Origin: Octopus vulgaris
Taxonomy: Eukaryota
Direction: 5' to 3'
DNA length: 64,000 bases
Assembly: GCA_951406725.2 (NCBI GenBank)
Contig: OX597814.1
Span: forward strand, 31,124,001-31,188,000
Shown here piece by piece: positions 28,027-39,848 of the stretch. The first letter of the stretch is position 1; every line of letters begins with the position of its first letter. The translations under genes were made by a program, and so were the position numbers. Below the pieces are notes generated by a model. It was given only the letters and a program-made list of their open reading frames with translations, had not been told where the DNA came from and made no database searches.

Positions 28027-28524
28027 TCTTTATATATAAAAGTGAGGTTGTGTGCTCCTACGATTTAGATTCCTAACTACTCTCACATTTTGCGGTGCAG
28101 TTTATGTATGTATGTATGTATATACCATGTATAAATTACATATAGAAAGATTAAATATAAGATAAGTTTGGAATAATATTCCATCATATTATTATGTATA
28201 TATATATATACCCTACAACTCCAAAACCGGGTATCTTATAGTCGTGATTCATATCGAGCCCTTCTGGGTATTAGCGCGCGTCTACGATGAGTCTACAAAT
28301 TAAAAAAAAAATTACCATAAATTTTTCCCATTTTTAATGCATTTTTTGCATATATAAGTGAAGTAACTCTCTAAAAATTTATTATTAAATCTCAGAACGT
28401 AAAAAGCTACAGTAACACCCCCCCCTTTGTGGTTAACCATATTGAGATGGCTATTATACTTTACATCTCTAAAAATGCTTATATAGTTATTACAAACCCG
28501 AGCAACGCCGGGCGATACTGCTAG
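28027..28524 (+). mobile_element. Non-autonomous Helitron carrying an inverted templated insertion
   Basis: 5' TCTTTATATATAAAAG; 3' CCCGAGCAACGCCGGGCGATACTGCTAG; colinear with 56400-56798 apart from 28103-28220 and 3' indels. Confidence 0.85.
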
Positions 28525-29712
28525 TATATATACATATATATATATTTATATATATAAAAACTTACTTGGAAATATATGTATGTGTGTGTATATATATAAA
28601 TGTATTTACATAAAGATACTCATTTGCTACATGTGTGCGTGTGTGTGTGTATGTGTGTATGCATGCGTGCATGTGCTTACAATTGGAACACCTTTCTCTT
28701 TCAAACATGTTACATTAAAAATAAAGCTATCTTAACCTTTAATATTATTTCATTGTGACTTCTTCGCATTTCTTAAATAGTCCTTTATGTTTTTTTTTAG
28801 AAATAATAGAATTTCGTTATGCATAATTTCATTGGCGATTCCATATCTTCTCGGATCGAACATTGGGATGAGTGATAATAATAATTGATAATAGTAAGGT
28901 GGTATCGTCCGCACCAGTTTTGTAAAGATATACAAAGGTTGGCTGCTAGACTTCATAGTTTATTCTGTGTATGATGTATCATCTGTCTATAGATTTTGGT
29001 TTTTACTTCGCTATTATTAATACTCCATAAATATTCTTTTCGTTTATTCTGAAATTCTATCTAAAATTCTAGTGCATTCTAATAGTTTTGTCCATTGTAA
29101 TTTTATTACGTGTAATATATCATGTGGTGTTTCTTGTAAATATAGGCTCAACGGATGATAATTTCTGTACTCCTGTATTCAGTGTGATAATTTGAATCAC
29201 GAATTTACCACTTCTGCTCGTACATTAAACTTCTTATATTACGTTAGTTGTCAGAAGCATGCGGTCATCCACGCTTTGTAAGGTTGCAGATTTGTGTAAG
29301 AATTTTTTGCGGTGATATTGTATTATACTTTTGTCTTTGCGGTGATATTGCCCACTAAAGGCTCTTTAACTATAAAAAATATTATGTGTATATAATGATT
29401 ACCTTTATAGATTAGAAGAAAGGATTAGCTTTCCTAAAAATATACAAACCGTGCATATAGTTTACCATAAGAGCCATATGCACTTTGGTTTCAAAATGGA
29501 TAAATCGAGCTCAAAGAGATGATCCTGTCAACAACAAATGAACAACGATAATTTTTTTAAAGCTATAACAACATTTTGTGCTTGTGAGTATTTCAACTGA
29601 TTGCTGTGTGTATATTTGTGTATGTGTGAATAATCTTTCAGTGTTGACTGAGTTGAAGGTGGTTCTGTCTCTAAAATTACTTTTATATATACAAACATAC
29701 ATACATACATAC

Positions 29713-30258
29713 ATGGTGGCTGCCCCCTCGTTAGCGAGTATGGCCATTGCACGTAGCTTAATCAATGTTATTATCGTGCAATGCCTGTGCAAGAACATTT
29801 TTTAAAGTGAGGAAAGGCTAAGCACTGATTCAATCCCACTCACTAAGCAACAGCAGCCATAATCCGAACAGAAGAACAAGTCAACATCATCGGTAACCAC
29901 TGAGCCGCAGGTTTTATGTCGGAGTTATCCCATTTACCTGAGTTACCTTCTCCTAGAAGGATGTCATAACAGAGGCTAGAAGTCCTTCACTCCCAATGGT
30001 TTAACCGCGCAATCGGGTATTCAGTCCGATTATTTCTGTCCTCGCGCATGATACAGCCTTAAGACATTTATTGGATGGCCGTTGACTCTCAAGAGTTCCT
30101 CTGCCCTTTGACGGGTTTTGTTTTTCATCCCGCAGAGTGTCCAATAAACACCCTCCTCCCCAAGCAAGCTTGATGGGGTTGCCGGTTTCGTCGCCGATGA
30201 CCCGACCATGCAACAGGTTGTACTGGGTTACATGTTACCAGTAGCACTCGACCTGAAA
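29713..30258 (-). mobile_element. Non-coding, structured, putatively RTE-derived non-autonomous element in (CATA)n
   Basis: Minus strand carries an RTE-5'UTR-like TCTAGGAGAAGGTAACTC motif and a 3' stem-loop TGGC-CATA-CTCG-CTAA-CGAG-GGGGCA-GCCA followed by (TATG)n. Confidence 0.5.
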
Positions 30259-30301
30259 TACATACATACATACATACATACATACATACATACATACATG
30301 C

Positions 30302-30332
<31 letters not shown>

Positions 30333-32190
30333 ACAAAGTGGAGTTGTAGGGTATATATATATATACATAATAATATGATGGAATATTATTCCAAACTTAT
30401 CTTATATTTAATCTTTCTATATGTAATTTATACATGGTATATACATACATACATACATACATACATACATACATACATACATGCATGTATACATACAAAC
30501 ATATATGCATATATATAACATCTTTAGATACGAAACCATGCTAGAGTATTCAAAAATATAGTCTGTGGTCCGGCAAGTAAAAATTATTTGAATTATACAT
30601 AAAGATAGGGACATTTGCTATTAATACTTTCATTTCATCTTTGATAAATTGTGAAAAGGAACGAACCCTTCAGAATTAATATCACAAGATAAGAAATTAT
30701 GAAAATAAGTACAAAAATTGTAACTAAGTACAAAAATAAGTACAAAAAACATAACTAAACTGGAAGGTATGATTTTATTGTGGAACACTCTAGGAAGTCT
30801 GTTTGAGAAGTCTGATGATTAGAGATATCCAAACGTTTTCAATGCGAGCTTCTATTTTACCATGAGAGTAATATGTGATTTCAAAGAGGTATCGCTGCAA
30901 CTTTTAGCATGTATTACTGGTATTATTTAGGATCTTAGATAATGTCCCGCAAGATTTTCAAATGTATAATATAAATAAGATCTCGACTGAATTTGACAGA
31001 AACAAGAGGTAACTATATTAAATAAAGATCTTAAACTAAATACCTGCTTGAGATTTTTCTAAAATACATGATCTGTGATATGAGACCAGAGATTTTAATT
31101 TTAATAAGGCTTTTTAAATTGAAACTACCGCAAGTTATTGTTTTGTAACAAAATTAATGATTAGGCAAATCATATATTAAGATGATAACTAGTTGCGAAA
31201 AATATGAAACATATTATTAAAAAATTATGAGAGTAATTTTGCGTATTCGTTTCAATCTAACATTCAGTTTTATTCTATGTGTTTAGTAATCAAACATCTA
31301 AAGTACCCATTTCTGTTCTTCGTTTAATCAAATATGTTGTTCACACGGAGGAATCTATCCCTATGTCTGTATTACACTTTCAAGTTACATGACAAAAGGC
31401 ACAGAAAAAATTAAAGTAAGACCTGAAGGAAAATATTTTCTTTTAAGTCTCAAATGCCTGCTATATATCCTAACATAACAAATAAAATATTATTACTTTC
31501 AAAATAATATTAATGAATGGGCTTTTAATTGAAAGAAAATTTATTTGATAATATGAAAAACAAACACATAATTATCTTGAGGGAAAATCTACGACAATTT
31601 CATAACGATTTAAGTAGTCATAAACACACTTGTGTACATGTATGTACCAAAATAATAAAATGTAGATTTAATTTGCACGTCTTTTATAATAGAAGACGAA
31701 AATAGGTAGCGTTGTAGTGAATCACACTTGAGATGCGACCAGCAGCTAAATAAGATAGGAAAATTATATATATTAAGTTCTGAGAAGGTGTTAAACGCAA
31801 ACGTATTATTAATATTGAAATTTCAAATCGTTAAACTATATAATTAGTTCCAAATGTCGAATTAAGACATACCATTCGGATAGCCTTCCGTTTTTATTAG
31901 AAATATATTTTCGCTTGGTAAAAAGACAGCTTTTACGCAAATATGAAGGCGTAAATTTAGCAAGTAAAGAATTTCTAATCCCAAGGCTATATACTCCGAA
32001 ATGTGCAGAACAACCGGATTTTAAAGCAATATTATATGTATTATCTAAAAGGAGATGTCTTTAAGAGTTGAATATTACTTGCTTTTTGTTCTTGAATTTA
32101 TTTTCTCATTGAGTTGCTATATATTTTATAACTTCTCGGCAATTTCCATTGTCAATTTGTAAAGCTAATAAGTAGTTTAGTATCAACCAC

Positions 32191-32243
<53 letters not shown>

Positions 32244-32620
32244 AAGAAATAGCTTTCTGAAACAAGTCAGTGCAGAGACAGTAGCACACACACATACACT
32301 AACAGTAGTAGCAGTAGCAAGTGTTGTTTTGTGGTAAGCGCAGAAACAATTCTAATAATGTTCAATGTATTTAAAGTGCTTTTAACTTCTAGAATTCCAT
32401 TTGTTTCGTGGACCCTGCATTTCATATATGATTTCAAGTATAAGGAAAAGTTTGTCAGGAATATTTTTTTCTTTTTATAAACTACATTGCATATATTATC
32501 GATCACTGTACAAAAAGAAGTGTGCAAGTTCAGCATTGGTTCCAGGTTTTCAATGTTCCAGTCCACGGTTCACTGACAGAGAAAGGCCATGTGGGTATTT
32601 ATAAATCATTGAGGAACAAT

Positions 32621-32785
32621 GGCGTAGGAGTGGCTGTGTGGTAAGTAGCTTGCTTACCAACCTCATGGTTCCGGGTTCAGTCACACTGCGTGGCATCTTG
32701 GACAAGTGTCTTCTACTATAGCCTCGGGCCGACCAAACACTTGTGAATGGATTTGGTAGATGGAAACAGAAAGAGGTCCGTCGTA

Positions 32786-32850
<65 letters not shown>

Positions 32851-33110
32851 GTGTGTGTGTGTGTGTGTGTTGATGTGTGTGTGTGTGTGTGTGTGTGCGT
32901 GTGTGTGTATGTTTGTGTGTCTGTGTTTGTCCCCTCACTTGACAACAGATGCTGGTTTGCTTACGTCCCCGTAATTGAGCGGTTCGGCAAAAGAGACTGA
33001 TAGAACAAGTACTAGGCTTACAAAGAATAAGTCCTGGGTCGATTTGCTCGACTAAAGGCGATGCTTCAGCATGGCCACAGTCACATGACTGAAAGAAGTA
33101 AAAGAGTAAA
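32621..33110 (+). mobile_element. tRNA-derived SINE family A, full length
   Basis: GGCGTAGGAGTGGCTGTGTGGTAAGTAGC...CCGGGTTCAGTC head, internal microsatellite and AGTAAAAGAGTAAA tail. Confidence 0.85.
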
Positions 33111-33210
33111 CAACTATAGTAAGATAAACTGTTTCAAAAGTACTATCTTTTCGGTTTTCTCGCCAATGTTTACACCCTTCGGTGGTATACATGCTACACG
33201 CATGCACACG

Positions 33211-33248
<38 letters not shown>

Positions 33249-33924
33249 TATACACGTATACACATGCATGCACACAAATACACACAGATACACAGACATT
33301 CACACATATAAGCATATCCTTGTATTTGGCTACATGTGCATGTGTACAAATATGTATGAATTTCCCTCTCTCTTTGTATATATATATTTATGCATATGTG
33401 TGTGTGTGCGTGCATGCTTGTGTGTGTGTATGCATGTATGTATGTATGTATGTATGTATGTATGTATGTATGTATGTATGTGTGCGTGTGTGTGTTGCGT
33501 GTATGTGTGTGTGTGTGCCTGCGTGGTTGCCTGCGTGCGTGCATGCATAGAATTCTCAGTAATTTTCACATATTGTCATGGGCAGAAAATTCAGTTTATC
33601 AATCAGCTAAAACCGTATTGATTCACCCAATCTTGTTCAATCCAAGGCTATGAGAGAGAAGGCATTCGCCTAAGATGTTACACATCGAGACATAAACCGG
33701 TACCATGTAGTGGGAAAATTAAATCCTTAGATATTGTCATATCCACGGTCTTGGTCTGCTGAGTCTTTAATGAAATTTTTTTTCTTACAATAAGGAACAT
33801 AGCGTAAAAATTTATCCAAGTACATTACAACAATATACAACATTATAGGATATCATACTTCATTATTGTATAACATAATACATTATAGAACATTGTTATA
33901 CAATATAATATATTATAGAACATT

Positions 33925-34132
33925 GTGGAGGCGCAATAGCCCAGTGGTTAGGGCAGCGGACTCGCGGTCATAGGATCGCGGTTTCGATTCCCAGACCGGG
34001 TGTTGTGAGTGTTTATTGAGCGAATACATCTAAAACTCCACGAGGCTCCGGCAGGGGATGGTGGTGATCCCTGCCGTACTCTTTCACCACAACTTTCTCT
34101 CACTCTTACTTCCTGTTTCTGTTGAACCTGTA
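33925..34132 (+). mobile_element. tRNA-derived SINE family C (5' part)
   Basis: GGAGGCGCAATAGCCCAGTGGTTAGGGCAGCGGACTCGCGGTC...GGTTTCGATTCCC: A and B boxes followed by a non-tRNA body. Confidence 0.75.
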
Positions 34133-34196
34133 CAGACATACGTTATGTATGTTTATATACGCAAACAAAACACTTCTGCACACAAGTACACGCATA

Positions 34197-34410
34197 TACG
34201 AGGCGGGTGCTGTAATCTTCTTGGCTTTGTGTAACAAGATACTGGAAGATCAATTAATTATGATTTTATTCAATATATTCCTCTCTGAGATTTACACACT
34301 TATTGCAGCGCTCCTTCAGTTTTCTCTAAGGCCTGTGAACTCGGAATGTTGGACCTTCAGCCAGGCCTTTCGCGACACCTTTAAGACTAGAAACTTTTGA
34401 GCAACCTATA
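34197..34410. mobile_element. Tc1/mariner-type MITE
   Basis: Imperfect TIRs TACGAGGCGGGTGCTGTAATCTTCTTGGCTTT and TTAAGACTAGAAACTTTTGAGCAACCTATA; TA ends. Confidence 0.6.
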
Positions 34411-34792
34411 ATACAGCTTTGAATTTGCACTGTAGACAAAGGAACGCAGACGTGAACACACATTTTTGAGAAATATCTATTACTCCTACATAACGTATAC
34501 GCTGAAAGAGAAAATAATGCATTCTCTCAAACATCGATGAATCCATACGGTCACACAGACACATATACACACGACTACAAGCATTTTCTTTCTGAATACT
34601 TCTTACGCACAAACGCGTATTATATGGCTCAATCTTGTATACAGGAATTAACACTGGTGACGAGTTGGCCGACTTACTAGAACGTTGGACAGAATGTTCC
34701 GTCTCCCAATGTTTTGATTTCTAATCTTGTGTTTAAACAAAGATTCACACCTTCATATCTCCGACACACAACTACCAATACCATAAGTACTT

Positions 34793-34926
<134 letters not shown>

Positions 34927-34932
34927 ATATAT

Positions 34933-35136
34933 ATCTTATAATTAAGGGCTAAAGAAGTTTATTCTAAAGCCAATACACTGATTTATCAACTGATTTATAT
35001 AGAGATAACGAAATTTAAATTTTCTAAAGGTTAGTTGCTCGCTTTCAGTTCAATTTTCCTGTAACAAGTGGATTATAAGTGGATAAATCAGTGTATTGGC
35101 TTTAGAATAACCTTCTTTAGCCCTTAATTATAAGAT
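34933..35136. repeat. 59-bp inverted repeat (34933-34991 / 35078-35136) in a (TA)n-flanked element
   Basis: Arms are reverse complements with two mismatches. Confidence 0.9.
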
Positions 35137-35234
35137 GTTTATACTTCAACCGTAAAGGTTTTTTAATATACTACCACGCTTTTTGATGGAATCCTTTTCT
35201 GTAGAGAAAGGGACTTCATCCTATATTGTTAGTA

Positions 35235-35285
<51 letters not shown>

Positions 35286-35926
35286 TTTATGTATTCGTCA
35301 TTAGCAACGGAAGCAACATTAGTTCAAAAGAGTAATATCGCCGACTGGCGGTGGTAGCGTTGCTAAAATGTATTTCTTCCACCTTGCGCTTTGTCAATAG
35401 CATGTATCACCACGACAACGCATCACAAATTGCCAATTTCAACTAATATTCCTTCCATTGCAAATGACAAATTTTCATTCTGCCTACCGGCTATTTGCGA
35501 CATCTGCGGTTTTTTAATTACTAACTAACAGTGGCGACCAGTTTTCTTTTAGTATGCGGTGCCAGAGGATAATTGTTACTGATGAAATTCAAAGAGACAG
35601 AAGTACGTATTTACCAAATGTCGCTGTCGCTTCTGTGCCGTTTTCTTCTACTGCCAATATAATTCTGCAATATTTAACGCCTTATATGTCTATGTCTTAA
35701 AGCCTTATATGTCTTTCTCTAGATGAATACTACACTTTAGCAGGCATTGGACGAAACATCGGCATTTAGTATGTTATATAGCCAGCCCTCACTGACTCAA
35801 TAATTCAATCACTGTCTCTCAGTCTGTTTGTGTGAGTTTGTCGCCCTCTCATTATATATACATTGCTGAGTATTCATATATACATATAAATGCGTATATA
35901 TATATGTATGTGTGTATATATATATG

Positions 35927-35984
<58 letters not shown>

Positions 35985-37074
35985 CATATGTATATATATA
36001 TACATATATATATATATATGTATATACATATGTATATGTATATACATATATATATATAAATGTATATACATATGTATATGTATATGTCTATATATATATA
36101 TATCTATATAGACATATACATATACATATGTACAATACACATACACATAGACACTCACACACACACACATATATATACATGTTATATTATTAAACTAACC
36201 AAGGATGCATTAGATGTACACAGTCTCACATATAAGAAGACCTGTCCGATCGACAACATTTAACAGAACACCGTCATAGTTGTATACATTCATTACATAC
36301 ACACGAAGCACATACTCACATGCATCTACATGTACTCACAATCATACACATTGCCACGTTAAAGCATATACCTGCAGTAATATATATGCTTAAACGCCCG
36401 TTATTACCATAATGCTTTCACACATACGCTTCATGCTTATACATCTACTAGGCAAGTGCAAAACTCACGCACGCAACCGCTCACACATAGTCATACATAC
36501 CACCATAAACCCAAATCTATCTGAGTAATATAGACACTGCTATGTATATGAATGCGCGACAGCATGCAACATGTGACATGCTTATGCGCATACCCACGCA
36601 GAGTGAAATCTATACAGACATAACTACAGTTTCAAATATATCCCTTCACACAAAGACATTTAATCCATCGTGAACAGCTATGTATATAAACGTGATTTCC
36701 GTTTCCTAACAAGCATAAAATACCAATACGTATGGCGCTGTGACGCAGAACGGTCTTGTATAGATCCAGTAGTTATTCCCGCATAGTACACGCTTCTGAT
36801 TTTAGGTCCTCTGAAGGTTAGGCAGTAATCTGTTATGCTCAGAGGCATTTAGTCAGACTCTATGTTCGGAGATTAAGTTCCGTCGATGTCCACTCTAACA
36901 TTCATCTTTGTTGGGTCGATAAATAAGTTCCAACCGATAACTGGGCTGGCTATAATCAGGTTTTCTGTGTTTAGTAGAAATGAATGGTGGCGAGAAAGAA
37001 GAATCGTTGTCCGACTTTGTACCTCTCTATTTGTATATCATATATCTACATCTATATTTGTATATGCATATATA

Positions 37075-37170
37075 AGGAGAGAATTCACGAAAAAGAAAAC
37101 AAAAGACGAAGGTAGGTGGTGTAAAAAACAAACAGATGTATTAGTATAACGCTCGGGAATTGAAAAAGTC
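37075..37170 (-). mobile_element. Truncated copy of the 1820/39620 repeat family
   Basis: GGAGAGAATTCACG...AAAAGACGAAG...ACAGATGTATTAGT..AACGCTCGGGAA; ends in (TA)n before the HHR-like motif. Confidence 0.7.
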
Positions 37171-37188
37171 TATATATGCATATATATA

Positions 37189-37236
<48 letters not shown>

Positions 37237-37239
<3 letters not shown>

Positions 37240-38080
37240 GTTCCATTTAATAGCCATAATAGAGCGGAGCTTCTGTTGGTGAAACCGGTCTAGTTATATG
37301 ACCTCACTGCGACTGCTTCGCAGACACTCAATTTTGTTTTGTGGTTTAGATCTTTGTTCTTAAAGACTCTTTTTGCGCGTCCACCAAACGCGGTGTGAGC
37401 CACTCTTAATAGGTTCTCCACGTCCTCTTCTGATGTGCACTTATTCGAAAGTAAACTTCCTAAGTATGAAAGGAATTTAAATTTCTCCAGTGGCGTCTCC
37501 AAGCTGGTAATGTTGAGGTCTGGAGTTTCCTGACTTACAACGGATTGAGCGAGAATTTTGCCTTTTTGATATTGATTTTAAGCCAAACCGAGTGTCTCCG
37601 TTTTGTACAGAACGAAAAGTAGCAGCATCGAGGATACTATGTAGCAACAATGAAAGAAACCAAGTTGCCGTATCAAATTTTATATGGTGAACATTCCACT
37701 GGAAGAAAACTCTGTAGACTTCCCCTCCGTCAATACAAGTATCAGCTGAAGCTAAGTATAAAACTGATGGAATCGATCCCAAAGCATAGGATATTGAAGC
37801 TCAGGATAGGTCCGGCTGGCATCATTCCATGTCCACTGTGAAAAATCATTTCGAAGCTGAACGACAGAGGTAAAGGAAGAGAAACGACAGGAAAGAAAAT
37901 GGAGGCTGTAGCAACAAAAGCCTCCACCACGGATCCCACGTGAACAGACTCTTTCATGCAAGAATCGGTCTCATCAGCATTAGTAATCAGAGGCAAAAAA
38001 CACGTACAGGGGGAAAGAAGTGTTCAAGAAGAAACCAAATAGATTATGGGACACACAATGGAACTCCGCCGCCTCCAACG
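37237..38080 (+). mobile_element. 5'-truncated RTE-clade LINE with 5' inversion
   Basis: 37237-37500 (-): PLEKFKFLSYLGSLLS...AHTAFG...TKLSVCEAV..LYYG. 37495-38080 (+): VSKLVMLRSG...KLPYQILYGEHSTG..PLRQYKYQLK. Confidence 0.8.
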
Positions 38081-38125
38081 ATATATATATATATAGATAG
38101 ATAGATATAGATGTATGTATGTAGG

Positions 38126-38202
<77 letters not shown>

Positions 38203-38340
38203 TTATATATGTATGTATGTATATACATATGTATGTATGTATATATGTATGCATATATGAATGTATATATATATATATATGTATGTATATATATGTATAT
38301 ATGTATGTATATATATATGTGTATATATATATATATGTAC

Positions 38341-38385
<45 letters not shown>

Positions 38386-38391
38386 CATATG

Positions 38392-38432
<41 letters not shown>

Positions 38433-38850
38433 CGAGTATTTTTGATGGAAAACTCTTGGTATTTATATGCACTTCAAGAAATAATACTTGAGGATAAAAC
38501 CAGTACAGTAGCATGGTATAAACTATTATTACCTTAATTAGCACGTACTTGAGTTAAAATTATAATTAGAAAGGAACATGTTTTTCTGTATTGGAAGATC
38601 AGAATATATGTAATCAGCAGATATATAATTCTACCAAACCTTTTTCAGATTCATTTTTCAAATTAATTGTTCAGTTATTTCAAATCACCATAAAAATTAA
38701 GCGTTAAATTATAAATTAAAAATTAAAAATAAACTATACAAAATTAAGAATCAAAGTTATAAATATAAATTATATACATATACCTCAAACTTAGAATGTC
38801 AAATATAGATTAGCATATATATATATATATATATATATATTCTATATATA

Positions 38851-39562
38851 TGCTATTTCTAATGAGTTCAGTATGCGGCAAAGTAATTTATTTTACTAAG
38901 CCCTTTTATATAATGTAATAATTTGAATTCGCCTTAAATGGTCCCTTTGTATACTGAATACTTGGTGAAATTGATTAATTAATTAATTTTACCCTCAATT
39001 GTTGAAATTATAATTCATCTCTCTCTATATAATGCCTCGGATTTTACCGAAAAAAAGCATAGTGTTCGCTGATTTTAACCCACGCTGGTGGAAAGGGGAG
39101 AGCAGAAATTCTTCGTTTGCATATTTGAATTTGCTAACACTGTTAGTTTTGAACAGATCTCCAGAAGCGATAACAGGCCGAAAGGGTATGCTCCCGCTTT
39201 CAGTGTTTTCAAATCCAAACCAGGGAGTTCTGAGCTGATGATAGAAGTGTCGATTTTGACTAATCTTGAAACGTACGTTCTCAAATAACCTTTGCATTTG
39301 ATTTTTAATGTCTCTACCCTCATACTTTCGTGAGTTGAATTGAGCAAACACTATATGAGAGAGATTTTCTTTAAGTATTGGAGATAGTTTTAAAAAAGTT
39401 TTTTTAGCTGCTATTTCTAATGAGTTCAGTATGCGGCAAAGTAATTTATTTTACTAAGCCCTTTTATATAATGTAATAATTTGAATTCGCCTTAAATGGT
39501 CCCTTTGTATACTGAATACTTGGTGAAATTGATTAATTAATTAATTTTACCCTCAATTGTTG

Positions 39563-39570
<8 letters not shown>
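38851..39570 (+). mobile_element. Retrozyme/pLTR-like unit: 558-bp period, 162-bp terminal direct repeats, central HHR
   Basis: 38851-39012 equals 39409-39570; both ends run into (TA)n; no meaningful ORF. Confidence 0.75.
39231..39283 (+). ncRNA. Type I hammerhead ribozyme, partly degenerate
   Basis: Stem I TGAG/CTCA; CTGATGA at 39235-39241; imperfect stem II AGA..GTC/GAC..TCT; GAAA at 39268-39271; palindromic stem III AACGTACGTT; GUU triplet. Confidence 0.65.
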
Positions 39571-39608
<38 letters not shown>

Positions 39609-39619
39609 TATATATTATA

Positions 39620-39797
39620 TAGTTTAAATTTACAGGAAAAGAAAAGACGAACAAAAAGCAAGAGTATTAGTCTGACTCCCGGGAAAGTGAGAAAGTCTTT
39701 TACGTTTCGAGCCTACGCTCTTCAACAGAAAGGAATAAGAGAAAATAAACAGAGAGAGAAAAAACTTGTGGATTTAGCAATCAAGCATGGCGACTGG
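39620..39797 (-). mobile_element. Short repeat with HHR-like motif at 39696-39733
   Basis: Minus strand CCTTT-CTGTTGA-A-GAGC GTAG GCTC-GAAA-CG-TA-AAAG; flanked by (TA)n. Confidence 0.6.

Positions 39798-39848
<51 letters not shown>

Noticed and set aside
33925-34000. tRNA gene
   Set aside because: The acceptor stem does not close, there is no T-run terminator, and it continues into a SINE body.
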